From assembly GCA_965215605.1 (NCBI GenBank), contig OZ244070.1, forward strand, positions 2,528,001-2,592,000: a DNA stretch of 64,000 nt, written 5' to 3'. Origin of the DNA: an uncultured Candidatus Binatia bacterium (lineage in GTDB: Bacteria > Desulfobacterota > Binatia > UBA9968 > JAJDTQ01). Positions 9,488 through 18,609 of this stretch are shown here, in pieces. Position numbers and translations under genes: made by a program. Positions within the stretch are counted from its first letter, which is position 1. Each line of letters begins with the position of its first letter. The notes below the pieces were generated by a model, which saw only the letters and a list, made by a program, of their open reading frames with translations, did no database searches and was not told the origin of the DNA.

Positions 9488-10954
9488 TCAGTCCAGCAGG
9501 TAGCCGAATTTTTCATGGGCCTTCCGGACCACCTCCGGGCTCGGCGCGTTGACCTTGGGATACTTGTCGAACCACTCGAAGGGACGGCAGGCGTCCACTA
9601 CCACGCGGGAGTTGGTGAGGTCCTGGACCTTGCGCTGATCCGGCGTCACGCGCGGGTCGGCGGGGGAGGTGCGCATCTTGCGCAGTATTTCGATGGAGGT
9701 CTCGGGATCGGTCCGAGTGAGCATGGCCCAGATCAGCTCCTCCAGGTTGGACACGTCGACGTCGTCGTCCACCACGATGACGAACTTGCAGCCGTACACC
9801 ACCGAGCCGCAGGATGATGCCAGAACGCCCGCCTGCCTCGCGTGGCCGGGGTAGCGCTGCTTGATGCCGATACCGTGCAGCAGGCGCGAGGCGCCGACCT
9901 CGTGGCACCACACCTGGGTGACGTCGGGAACGCCGGCGCTGGCCAGCTCGTGCTTGAGCATGGCCGAGCGCATGATGGCGCGGTAGCGCGCCATCTCGTC
10001 GGAACCGGCCCCCAGCGGCGGCACGCCGAGGATGATGGGATCGTTGCGATGGTAGATGGCGCGGATGTCCAGGGTCGGCTGCTCGCTGGCGCCGCCGGCA
10101 TAGTAGCCGGTCCACTCGCCGAACGGCCCCTCCACCGCGCGCTTGTCCGTGGTCAGGAAACCTTCCATGACGATCTCGGCGTTGGCCGGGAAGGGCAGGC
10201 CCGTAACCTTGCCCCGCACCACCTCCACCGGGGTGCCGCGCAGGCCGCCCACCACGTCGAACTCGCACACGCCGTAGGGAAACTCCGTGCCCCCCACGAA
10301 GAACGACATGGGGTCGCTGCCCACCACCAAGGCCACGGGCATGGGCTGTCCCTTGTCGAAGTACTTCTTGCGATGCATGTAGGCGTGCTTGCCGGGGACG
10401 AACAGCAGGCTCACCGATTTTTCGTCCTGCACCATGGCGCGGTAGGTGCCGACGTTGATCCAGCGCTCCTCGGGATCGATGGTCACGCAGAAGCAGCCGG
10501 TGCCGATGTAGCGGCCGCCGTCGTCCGCGTGCCACTTGGGGGTGGGGAAGCGGGTCACGTCGATGTCGTCGCCGGTGAGGACGTTCTCGAACACCGGTCC
10601 GTCGTCCACCACTACGTGGGGTAGCCGCCGCTGCACCTTGATGTAGTGGTCGAAGAAGGCTTGGCTGAGTTCCTGCTTGGTGAGGTGTTCGGGAAACCCC
10701 AGCGTCATGTTCCGGCGCTTGCCGGCGAAGGCGTTGATGAGGACCCGGAAACCCTTGGGGCAGCCGGGGACCTCGTCGAACAGCACCGCCGGCCCGTCGT
10801 CCACGCGGATGACCGCGTCGGCGGCCAGGCCGATGTCCTCTTCCCAGCTCGCGCCGGTGACGGTGCGGAGCTCGCCAAGGGCGTCGGCCCGGGCCATCCA
10901 TTCGCGGAGGTCGTGATAGGGGAGCCTGGCTTCGATGTCAGCAGTTGTGGTCAT
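9488..10954 (-). CDS. UbiD family prFMN-dependent (de)carboxylase
   Basis: DGGRYIGT, INVGTYR, EGPFGEWTGYY, VVDDDVD, WAMLTR, VVDACRP. Start MTTTAD at 10954. Confidence 0.92.
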   Translation of the reverse strand: MTTTADIEARLPYHDLREWMARADALGELRTVTGASWEEDIGLAADAVIRVDDGPAVLFDEVPGCPKGFRVLINAFAGKRRNMTLGFPEHLTKQELSQAFFDHYIKVQRRLPHVVVDDGPVFENVLTGDDIDVTRFPTPKWHADDGGRYIGTGCFCVTIDPEERWINVGTYRAMVQDEKSVSLLFVPGKHAYMHRKKYFDKGQPMPVALVVGSDPMSFFVGGTEFPYGVCEFDVVGGLRGTPVEVVRGKVTGLPFPANAEIVMEGFLTTDKRAVEGPFGEWTGYYAGGASEQPTLDIRAIYHRNDPIILGVPPLGAGSDEMARYRAIMRSAMLKHELASAGVPDVTQVWCHEVGASRLLHGIGIKQRYPGHARQAGVLASSCGSVVYGCKFVIVVDDDVDVSNLEELIWAMLTRTDPETSIEILRKMRTSPADPRVTPDQRKVQDLTNSRVVVDACRPFEWFDKYPKVNAPSPEVVRKAHEKFGYLLD

Positions 10955-10968
10955 GGGTTTGGTTCCGA

Positions 10969-11853
10969 TCAGGCGGCCATGGACTTGATGCGTTCCACCG
11001 CCTCGTCCACCAGCTCGTCGGTGGTCTCGTTGGCGCCGACGATGCCGACCCGGGACATGCCCGTGAACCAGGAGCGTTCCAGGTCGTCGATCTTCTCGAT
11101 GCGGTACACGTTGCCGTTGAAGGCCTTCGCCACCTCCTCCATGCGGTTGGTCATGCCCTCGGTCCAGCCGAAGATGACCACCGCTTCCACGTCGCGCGCC
11201 AGCTCTTCCACCTTGGGCAGCCGCTGGAGCGAGTCGATGCAGGCGGTGTTGCGGATGCGGACGTTGGCGAAGCGCTCCAGGATGCGGGTCATGATCTTCG
11301 TATAGCTCTCCATCCAGAAGGTGGTCTGGACGATGACGCCCACGGGCTCGAAACGGGTCAGGCGGATGTCGGCCACGTCCTCTTCTTTCTCGACGATGAA
11401 CACCTCCCGCTCCTTCTCCTTGGCGATGCCCATGAGGCGCGGGATGCCGTGATGGGAGCGGCTGCTGAGGATCACCAGGTGGCAGCCCTGGTCCAGCAGC
11501 TCCAGCTCGGCTTCCTCCTGCTGGACCACGAACGGACAGGTGGCGTCGGCCAGAAGCTCCAGCCCCTGCTCCTTCGCCTGCCGGCGAACCTCCGGCGGCG
11601 CGCCGCGGACGCCGTAGATGAGTTTCTCGTCCTGGATGGAGTCCATGTCGTTGGTGGAGCGGATGCCCTCTTCGTCCTCCAGGCTCCTGAAGGCGATGAA
11701 GTCGTTCTCGGGCCTCAGGGACCACACGGCGATGCCGTCGCCGTGTTTCTCCACCATCTTCTGGTGCATCGCCCCGGCGCGGTGCACGCCCACGCAGAGA
11801 CCGCTGGGCGGGATCCCCTTGGTGTTGTTGAAGTCGACCTTGACCACTTCCAT
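10969..11853 (-). CDS. Non-canonical IspH/LytB-like [4Fe-4S] protein
   Basis: GLCVGVHRA, DATCPFV, QTT and NTAC match the IspH fold. His/Glu/Ser substrate motifs are altered. GAGGAGG RBS. Confidence 0.75.
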   Translation of the reverse strand: MEVVKVDFNNTKGIPPSGLCVGVHRAGAMHQKMVEKHGDGIAVWSLRPENDFIAFRSLEDEEGIRSTNDMDSIQDEKLIYGVRGAPPEVRRQAKEQGLELLADATCPFVVQQEEAELELLDQGCHLVILSSRSHHGIPRLMGIAKEKEREVFIVEKEEDVADIRLTRFEPVGVIVQTTFWMESYTKIMTRILERFANVRIRNTACIDSLQRLPKVEELARDVEAVVIFGWTEGMTNRMEEVAKAFNGNVYRIEKIDDLERSWFTGMSRVGIVGANETTDELVDEAVERIKSMAA

Positions 11854-11983
11854 GAGAGCCTCCTCGCTAAACCGGGTTGTTGCGGAATGTTTGCAAATCG
11901 GAGGGGGTTTTTCAACGGGTCACGGGCCGCCCGTCCAGATTGAACCCCGCTCGTGCATTCGTCATCCTGCGCCGCGGGCGCCT

Positions 11984-13102
11984 CTACACGAGCTGCGAGA
12001 GCAGCGCCGGCGCCGGCGCCACGCGGATGCCGTCGGGCGTCACGTAGTCCTTCACGCCGGTGGCGGAAATCTGCCATGCCTCGGCGTCGGGGAATTTCGT
12101 CTTCAGGTACTTGAGGCTCCGGTCCGGGTTGGCGTCGGACCACTTGCACTCCACGAGCAGTGACGGGGCGCCTCGCCGCTCAACGACGAAGTCCACCTCC
12201 CGGCCGTCCTTGTCGCGAAAGTAGCGCAACTCGAGATCCAGTCCTTCGGTGTCCTGCTGGTGGTGGACCCACTTGAGCAGGTGGCAGGCGGCGAGGTTCT
12301 CGAAACGCGCGCCGTCTTCGGGCGGCAGGGTCCAGTCGAAGTGGTAGTGCTTGGACTGTTTCTTGACGGTGCGCAGGCGCGGCGAACCGAACGGAAGCAG
12401 GCGGAAGAGGGCGTACAGCCGTTCCAGAGCGTCGAGCCAAGCGTTGGCGGTCTTGTGGCTGATCTGCAAGTCCTGGCGCAGAGCGTTGACGGAAAGGGGC
12501 GAGCCGACTCGCTCCGGCAGGGACAGCATCATCAACTCCAACTGCCCGAGGTCCTGGATCCGTTCGAGAGTGGCCACCTCTTCCCGCACCAGCAGAGCGC
12601 CGTATTCCCTGGACCATCGTGCGGCTTCACGGCGGCTGCCGGACAGCCAGGGTTCGGGGAAGCCGCCAAGTTCCAGCAAGTCGCGCAGGCCCTCGGGCGT
12701 ATCGATGCCCAACTCGGCCACGGAGAAGGGGTGTAGCCGCAACAGGTGATAGCGTCCCTGCAAGGAATCGCCCCCGTAGCGGTAGAAGTCCAGTTGCCCG
12801 CTCCCGGTCACGAGAATCTTCTGTCCGGCCCGGCGGCCGTCATACAGGCCTTTCAGGTAGTTGCGCCAGTTCCGGTACTTGTGGACTTCGTCGAAGATCC
12901 ATAAGTCCGACGCCGGCAACTCCCGCCGCAGGATGCGCTGCCGGTGATCGGCGATGTCCCAGTTGAGGTACGCATCGGCGGCGCCGGGCAGGCTGCGCGC
13001 CAGGGTGGTCTTGCCGACTTGGCGCGGGCCTGCCACGAACGCCATCTTGCGCTGAAGGTCCGACAGGACCTGCGCGGCAAGGTATCTGGGCGTCTCGGCC
13101 AT
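11984..13102 (-). CDS. AAA+ ATPase with DUF4143 domain
   Basis: GPRQVGKTT, IFDEVHK, VTGS, GGFPEP, FENL, REVDFV, VECKW. Confidence 0.9.
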   Translation of the reverse strand: MAETPRYLAAQVLSDLQRKMAFVAGPRQVGKTTLARSLPGAADAYLNWDIADHRQRILRRELPASDLWIFDEVHKYRNWRNYLKGLYDGRRAGQKILVTGSGQLDFYRYGGDSLQGRYHLLRLHPFSVAELGIDTPEGLRDLLELGGFPEPWLSGSRREAARWSREYGALLVREEVATLERIQDLGQLELMMLSLPERVGSPLSVNALRQDLQISHKTANAWLDALERLYALFRLLPFGSPRLRTVKKQSKHYHFDWTLPPEDGARFENLAACHLLKWVHHQQDTEGLDLELRYFRDKDGREVDFVVERRGAPSLLVECKWSDANPDRSLKYLKTKFPDAEAWQISATGVKDYVTPDGIRVAPAPALLSQLV

Positions 13103-13108
13103 GGGTCG

Positions 13109-13172
13109 AGTATGCGCCCATTTTTGACTCTGGTCAAAATTGGCCGCGGCTAATTTTGACCAAGGGTGAAAA
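13109..13172 (-). promoter_or_regulatory. Putative leaderless promoter with operator-like inverted repeats
   Basis: CATACT lies 6 nt before the ATG with no SD. TTTTGAC-N4-GTCAAAA at 13122-13139. An 11-bp perfect inverted repeat at 13131-13141/13152-13162. Confidence 0.55.
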
Positions 13173-13183
13173 CAGCCGCGCGG

Positions 13184-14224
13184 TTAACCTTGCGCCGCCT
13201 GGGCCTTCTCGGCTTCCACAGCGACGTCGGTGAGGTATTCTTCCTGCTCCACGATGGTGTAGAGGGCCAGGGAGCCGTCGTCCTTGACAGGCTTGCCGCC
13301 GAAGAAGTGGAAGGCGTGGCCGTCCCAGTCGTAGAACTCGTCGCCGCGCTCGAACATGGCCTTCCAGCGGTATCCCACCGGACTGCGGTGCAGGCCGGTG
13401 CGCGCCGGCAGGGCGTCCTCCTCGTCCAGGGTGAGGCTGTCCTCTTCCTTGGCCATGGCTTCCTCGGGCAGGGTCTCCCACATGCGGCGGTAGTTGGGCA
13501 TGAACTCCTCCGCCCGCACCGTCAGCGCCGTGTGCATGTCCCACCAGGGGCCGTGGCCGGCCACGCGCTCGTCCACCTTGTCCGTGAGCTTGTAGACGAG
13601 CCGTCCGCCGGCTTGAAGGCGCAGCACCAGGTTGCCCTCCGCGACGTTGGGGTTCACTTCCGGCGTGAGGGCGCAGTAGGTCTTGAAGAAGTCCGCGGTC
13701 TTGCCCAGGTCCCGGGAGCCGTACACCGCGTGGCTGATGCGGCCGACGCCCTCGCTGGTGCAGACCTCCATGGCGCCCTCAGGCATATGATCGGGCGCCC
13801 AGAACTCGAACTGGTTGCCGTCGGGGTCGGCGAAGTAGATCACCGTGCCCTCGTCGCCGCCGTCCGCCGTCCGCACCGGTTCGGTGTGGGGGATTCCGTG
13901 GCGCTGGAGCCGCTTGACGTGCCGCTCCACCTCCTCGGGCCGGATGTAGAACCCGCATCGCGGCAATTCCTCCCCCAGCGGCTTGGCGGCCGGATAGACC
14001 TCGGGCTGGAGGAACGCGCCGATGCGGCAGGACTCGCCGTCCCACCACAGGAAGCACATGATCGGGACGTCCTTCTTGCGCGCGTTGGTGGTGATGCCAC
14101 GGATCGGCCGCCGGGTGATGCCGGTGGCGTTCACGGCCCAGTCGACCCAGGTCACCATGTCGTTGGTGCCCACGATGAAATGGTCGATCCAATGCACGAC
14201 GCCGCGCGGTTCATGTTTACCCAT
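13184..14224 (-). CDS. VOC/glyoxalase superfamily protein (two-domain)
   Basis: IDHF, IYFADPDGNQFEF, ISHAV, FYDWDGHAFHF; GGAGG RBS. Confidence 0.8.
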   Translation of the reverse strand: MGKHEPRGVVHWIDHFIVGTNDMVTWVDWAVNATGITRRPIRGITTNARKKDVPIMCFLWWDGESCRIGAFLQPEVYPAAKPLGEELPRCGFYIRPEEVERHVKRLQRHGIPHTEPVRTADGGDEGTVIYFADPDGNQFEFWAPDHMPEGAMEVCTSEGVGRISHAVYGSRDLGKTADFFKTYCALTPEVNPNVAEGNLVLRLQAGGRLVYKLTDKVDERVAGHGPWWDMHTALTVRAEEFMPNYRRMWETLPEEAMAKEEDSLTLDEEDALPARTGLHRSPVGYRWKAMFERGDEFYDWDGHAFHFFGGKPVKDDGSLALYTIVEQEEYLTDVAVEAEKAQAAQG

Positions 14225-14333
14225 CGGATACCTCCCCCGGGCCGTCGGACCCGGAATACTGCGGACTGGACCCCCTGGCGGCCCATGACACGCCGATACC
14301 AAACCGGGTTGGTCGTGTCAACGAAACCCCTGC

Positions 14334-14471
14334 TCAATCGCCAAGGGACCTCATGTACGCGATGACGTTCCGGCGATCCTTCTCCCTGAAGTATTTCATG
14401 GTCATCTTCGACTTGACCTTGGGATCCTTCAGGAACTTCCGGAGATACTTCTGGGGATTCTTGAGGTACTG
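14334..14471 (-). pseudogene. C-terminal remnant of a class I cytochrome c (c2-like)
   Basis: Hand translation gives QYLKNPQKYLRKFLKDPKVKSKMTMKYFREKDRRNVIAYMRSLGD*, with the SKM axial-Met motif and NVIAYM helix. No CxxCH upstream. Confidence 0.7.
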
Positions 14472-14498
14472 GAGAGGCCCCAGAGGGAGCCTCTCCAG
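14469..14498. terminator. GC-rich hairpin after the amidohydrolase gene
   Basis: ctggagaggc / gcctctccag 10-bp stem; no clear U-tract. Confidence 0.45.
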
Positions 14499-14521
14499 CA
14501 GGCTGCATGCGCGCGTCAGGC

Positions 14522-16120
14522 CTATTTCTCTTCAAACGTGATCCGGCCGCCCGTCATGGTGAGGACGGGCCGGATAGCGGCGATCTGTTCCGGCGGGACC
14601 ATCAAATAGTCGCGGTCGAGTGCGACCAGATCAGCCAGCTTGCCGGGCTCCAATGACCCGAGGCTGTTCTCCTTGAACAGCAATTTTGCGTTGTTGATCG
14701 TATGGGCGATCAGAGCGGCCTTGCGGGAGACGCGCTGATCCTCGCTCCAGGCCCTCTGCCCCGCGATATTGCGGCCCGTCACGGCCCAGCCGAGGGTCAG
14801 GAAGGGATTGATGGGTGCGACGATGGCGCCGTCCGAGCCCAACCCCCACAGGACTCCGGAACGCTCGATGCTGCCGAGAGGCGGACGGTTGCGCGACCGC
14901 GAGTTCATCATCGCCTGGGAGTGCACGGCTACGGCCATCCCCAACTCACGGGCTCGATTCAGGTCCGGTTCGGTGATGCCCAGCGAATGCGCCAGCGTCC
15001 AGCGCAACTCCTTGACTCTCGGGGTGTGGAACGCGATCTCTTCCGCCAGGTCGATGAACTGGGAGATGGTCACCGCGCTCATGGTGTGTTCGTGGATCGG
15101 CCAACCGTGCTCGGCGGCGGTGCGCGCAACGGTGCGTACGGGACCCCAGACCGCTTCTTCCCAGGGGTCCCGGCGATTGGCCCGGTCGTGCATCGGCCCG
15201 TATATGTGCTCGCCCAGTCCGATCACGCCGAATTGATCGGTCGCATCGAACGGCTTCGCGGCTCCATCCGTTATGAGTCTCAGGGCATCGTCCGTGCTTT
15301 CGGGATCGCTGGCGCGGTAGCGCAGCGTGTGGAAGACCCGTAGCGGCATTGGCCCGGCGGCGGCCAGGCTTGCAAGCGGCGCCAGCTTGCCCTCGCTCGG
15401 CCGTCCGATATCGTAGACCGTCGTCAGGCCTACCCGGTTCAGTTCGGCCATATAGGCGAGTATCGCTCCTTTACTGGAACTCTTGTTGCGCCAGCCTATA
15501 TATCGCCCGAAAGGCCGGAAGCTTTGCCGCCCGCGCATCCGGGCACCTTCGGCGGGATCCCGGCCCACTGCCTTCAAGGCCACGGTGTTGGCATAAGCCG
15601 TGCGGTAGCTCTGCTGAATGTAGACAGGATGGTCGGGCGCCGCCGCATCCAACTCCGCGAGTGTGAAACCGCCCGGCTCGTTCCGAAATTGAGCCGCCGA
15701 CCAGCCGCCGACTACGGTAATCCACTGTCCCTTGGCCGCCGAGGCCGCCTTCGCGGCAATCATCGCCAAAGCCTTGGCCCGGCTCGTGACGCCATCGAGG
15801 CGAACTTCGCGCTGATAGTTCCAGACGCTGCGGATGAAATGGAAATGATTGTCGATCAGGCCGGGGATCACCGTCTTGCCCCCCAGCTCGATGGTTCGGG
15901 TATTCGGACCCTTGTGGCTGGCCACGGCTTGGGCTGAACCGATGGCGACAATCCGGCCGTCGGCGATGGCCAGGCTGTGGGCGACGGAGAATTCCGGATC
16001 GACGGTCAGTATCTTCCCGTTCGAAAGGATGATGTCGGCCGATTGCGCCCTGGCTTCGGGCATCGAAACAAGGGCCCACGTGAGAACCGTCAACGTGGTG
16101 AGAAAATATCGCAATGACAT
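14522..16120 (-). CDS. Secreted amidohydrolase_3 (YtcJ-like)
   Basis: Signal peptide (ARA-Q), PGLIDNHFH, LGSDG, GSLEPGKLADLVALDRD. Confidence 0.88.
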   Translation of the reverse strand: MSLRYFLTTLTVLTWALVSMPEARAQSADIILSNGKILTVDPEFSVAHSLAIADGRIVAIGSAQAVASHKGPNTRTIELGGKTVIPGLIDNHFHFIRSVWNYQREVRLDGVTSRAKALAMIAAKAASAAKGQWITVVGGWSAAQFRNEPGGFTLAELDAAAPDHPVYIQQSYRTAYANTVALKAVGRDPAEGARMRGRQSFRPFGRYIGWRNKSSSKGAILAYMAELNRVGLTTVYDIGRPSEGKLAPLASLAAAGPMPLRVFHTLRYRASDPESTDDALRLITDGAAKPFDATDQFGVIGLGEHIYGPMHDRANRRDPWEEAVWGPVRTVARTAAEHGWPIHEHTMSAVTISQFIDLAEEIAFHTPRVKELRWTLAHSLGITEPDLNRARELGMAVAVHSQAMMNSRSRNRPPLGSIERSGVLWGLGSDGAIVAPINPFLTLGWAVTGRNIAGQRAWSEDQRVSRKAALIAHTINNAKLLFKENSLGSLEPGKLADLVALDRDYLMVPPEQIAAIRPVLTMTGGRITFEEK

Positions 16121-16287
16121 GGTGGTACCCCCGGTGCCCCGGCAAACGTCGCTGGAACCGTACGGCCCCGGCGCCCTCGCCTCAAACAGAATGCCGCATT
16201 CAGTTAGACGGTAGCAGGTTCCGGGTTGTTCATGCGGAGAAGGGGGGAGAACCTCACGGGCGATGCCACGGTGCGACGGCGGACCCG

Positions 16288-16569
16288 ATGCCGCGTTGTC
16301 CCGTGGCGTCGAAAGAAGACGGCCTGCGAGTCCTGGTGGACGGCGGCCGGGCCGAAAGCCTCATGGATGCATGCGCGCGTCACATCGAGGTGAGGGGGAG
16401 GTTGATCGGGGTGTTGAGCGCTTCCGAAATCCCGGAGCCGGGGCTTCGGACGATTCTGGAAGCCCTGGGCGGAAATCCCGCGCACCCTGGTCCCGATTCG
16501 GACACGACACGGGTTCCTTTCAGATGTGGGGCTGATCCGTCCGGTTCCTTCCCCTTGTTGAAAGGTTGA
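16288..16569 (+). pseudogene. Possible degenerate CBS-domain fragment
   Basis: Only the GRLIGVLSASEI segment resembles a CBS motif. Confidence 0.25.
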
Positions 16570-16605
16570 GCCCCGTCGGCGTTCCGTGTCAAAGTTGACG
16601 GGAAG

Positions 16606-17850
16606 ATGGAACGCGCCCGGCTGGACAGGCTCAACGGTATGCTGGACGAGGTGCTCCGGACCAACGAGTTCTATCGCCGCAAGCTCGATGGGTGCGTTGT
16701 GCGGCCCGTGGAGGGACCGGAACAGTTCTCGGAGCTGCCGTTCACCACCAAGCAGGAGCTGGTGGACGACCAACTCCGGCACGCGCCGTTCGGCAGTGAC
16801 CTGACCTATACCCTGGAACGGTACGTGCACGTGCACCAGACCTCGGGCACCACGGGCCGGCCCATGTACTGGCTGGATACCGAGGCGTCGTGGGACTGGT
16901 GGGGCGAATGCTGGAAGGCCGTGCTGGAGGCAGCCGGGGTGGGGCCCGGAGACCGCGTCTTCTTCGCGTTCTCCTTCGGGCCGTTCGTGGGGTTCTGGAG
17001 CGGCTGGGAAGGGGCCCGCAAGGTCGGCGCCCTGGCCGTTTCCGGGGGCGGACAGACGACGCAGCAACGGCTCAAGAGCCTTATGGAATACGAGGCCACC
17101 GCGCTGGTGTGCACCCCGACTTATGCCCTCCACATGGCGGCGGAGGCGCGGCGGGCGGGCATGGACCTGGCGCGGGACTCGGCCGTGCGGGTGACCGTCC
17201 ACGCGGGCGAGCCCGGGGCGAGCATCGCCTCGACGAAGCGCCGCATCGAGGACGCGTGGGGCGCCCGCTGTTTCGACCATACCGGGGCCACCGAGGTGGG
17301 CGCCTTCGGCTTCGGCTGCGACGCCCTGCCGGAAGGGGTCCACGTCAACGAGGACGAGTTCATCGCGGAGGTGGTGGACACGGAGAGCGGCGAGCCGCTG
17401 CCCGACGGGGGCCGGGGAGAGCTGGTGCTGACGAACCTGGGCCGGGTGGGAAGCCCCGTCATCCGGTACCGCACCGGAGATGTAGTGGAGCCCCGCCGCG
17501 GTCCCTGCGCTTGCGGGCGCGACTCCCTGGTGTTGGACGGGGGCGTGGTCGGACGCGTGGATGATATGGTGGTGGTGCGGGGAGTCAACATCTTCCCGAG
17601 CGCGGTGGAGCGCATCGTGCGGCAGTTTCCCGAAGTCGAGGAGTTCCGCGTCGACGTGCTGGAGACCGGCGGGCTGGCGGAGCTCAAGGTCACGGTGGAG
17701 CCGGGCGCGGGGGAAACGCCGGCCGGTCTCAGGGAGGGTGTGACCGAGTCCATCCGGGACAACCTCCACATCCGCCCGGTGGTGGAGGTTGCGCCGCCGG
17801 GGACCCTGCCCCGTTTCGAGTTGAAGGCGAGGAGGTTCTTTCGGAATTGA
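16606..17850 (+). CDS. Phenylacetate-CoA ligase (PaaK)-like aryl-CoA ligase
   Basis: LPFTTKQEL, TSGTTGRP, CTPTYA, AGEPG, IRYRTGD, GRVDDM. Confidence 0.88.
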   Translation: MERARLDRLNGMLDEVLRTNEFYRRKLDGCVVRPVEGPEQFSELPFTTKQELVDDQLRHAPFGSDLTYTLERYVHVHQTSGTTGRPMYWLDTEASWDWWGECWKAVLEAAGVGPGDRVFFAFSFGPFVGFWSGWEGARKVGALAVSGGGQTTQQRLKSLMEYEATALVCTPTYALHMAAEARRAGMDLARDSAVRVTVHAGEPGASIASTKRRIEDAWGARCFDHTGATEVGAFGFGCDALPEGVHVNEDEFIAEVVDTESGEPLPDGGRGELVLTNLGRVGSPVIRYRTGDVVEPRRGPCACGRDSLVLDGGVVGRVDDMVVVRGVNIFPSAVERIVRQFPEVEEFRVDVLETGGLAELKVTVEPGAGETPAGLREGVTESIRDNLHIRPVVEVAPPGTLPRFELKARRFFRN

Positions 17851-17858
17851 GCAGCGCC

Positions 17859-18353
17859 ATGTCCGACAGCGAGACCATCACCGGAAAGCGCCTGATGCGG
17901 TTGCGGGTCAACGGCGAGGTGCACGAGGTGGCCGGCCACGTCACCCACAGCCTGCTGGAGGTGCTCCGGGAGGAGATGGGCCTCACCGGCACCAAGCATG
18001 GCTGCGAGCTGGGGGAGTGCGGCACCTGCACGGTGCTGGTGGACGGCGAGCCCATTTACTCGTGCCTGATGCTGGCGGTGGAGGCCGAGGGCGCGGAGAT
18101 CACCACCGTCGAGGGACTGGCCCTCCAAGGGCGGCCGCATCCATTGCAGCGGGCGTTCTCGGACCTGGGTGCGGCCCAGTGCGGCTACTGCATCCCCGGA
18201 ATCCTGCTGGCGGCCAAGGCGCTCCTCGACAAGCGGCCAGAGCCGTCACGCGTCGATATCGAGGAGGCACTGTCGGGCAACCTGTGCCGTTGCACGGGCT
18301 ACACCAAGATCATCGAGGCGGTGGAGCAGGCCATGGGCGAGATGCGGGGTTGA
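17859..18353 (+). CDS. 2x[2Fe-2S] subunit of a xanthine-oxidase-family enzyme (HcrC/CoxS-like)
   Basis: GCELGECGTCTV, QCGYC, NLCRCTGY. Confidence 0.92.
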   Translation: MSDSETITGKRLMRLRVNGEVHEVAGHVTHSLLEVLREEMGLTGTKHGCELGECGTCTVLVDGEPIYSCLMLAVEAEGAEITTVEGLALQGRPHPLQRAFSDLGAAQCGYCIPGILLAAKALLDKRPEPSRVDIEEALSGNLCRCTGYTKIIEAVEQAMGEMRG

Positions 18354-18381
18354 CGGACAAGGGCTTGGAAACGGGATCGAC

Positions 18382-18609
18382 ATGACGCCGATAGAGTGGA
18401 TTGCGGCCGGGCAACTGGCCATCGGCGCCGGGCAACTGGCCGTCGGCGCGGTCGGGGTCATCCTGGTGTGGCAGGGTATCCGGCAGATGCGCAGGGCCGG
18501 CGACCAGCGCGAGAAGCGCGAGGATGCCCGACATTGCGAAGCGATGCGCGCGCTGGAAGCGCTCATAGAACGAACCGCGGGGAGCCGGGGCGAAGGCACG
18601 CAGGTATGA
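18382..18609 (+). CDS. Small single-TM hypothetical protein
   Basis: MTPIEWIAAGQLAIGAGQLAVGAVGVILVWQG... followed by a charged helical tail; ATGA overlap with the next gene. Confidence 0.6.
   Translation: MTPIEWIAAGQLAIGAGQLAVGAVGVILVWQGIRQMRRAGDQREKREDARHCEAMRALEALIERTAGSRGEGTQV

Noticed and set aside
9488-11725. 745-aa UbiD with a long N-terminal extension, or an IspH-UbiD fusion
   Set aside because: The extension is an off-frame shadow of the IspH-like gene, which has its own stop at 10969. UbiD similarity starts at 10954.
14353-14541. 62-aa plus-strand ORF
   Set aside because: It is antisense to the cytochrome c remnant, which explains the sequence better.
18396-18605. N-terminal extension of the Mo subunit to 859 aa
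   Set aside because: It overlaps the small TM ORF; family similarity begins at MKKSRFSVIGK (18606).
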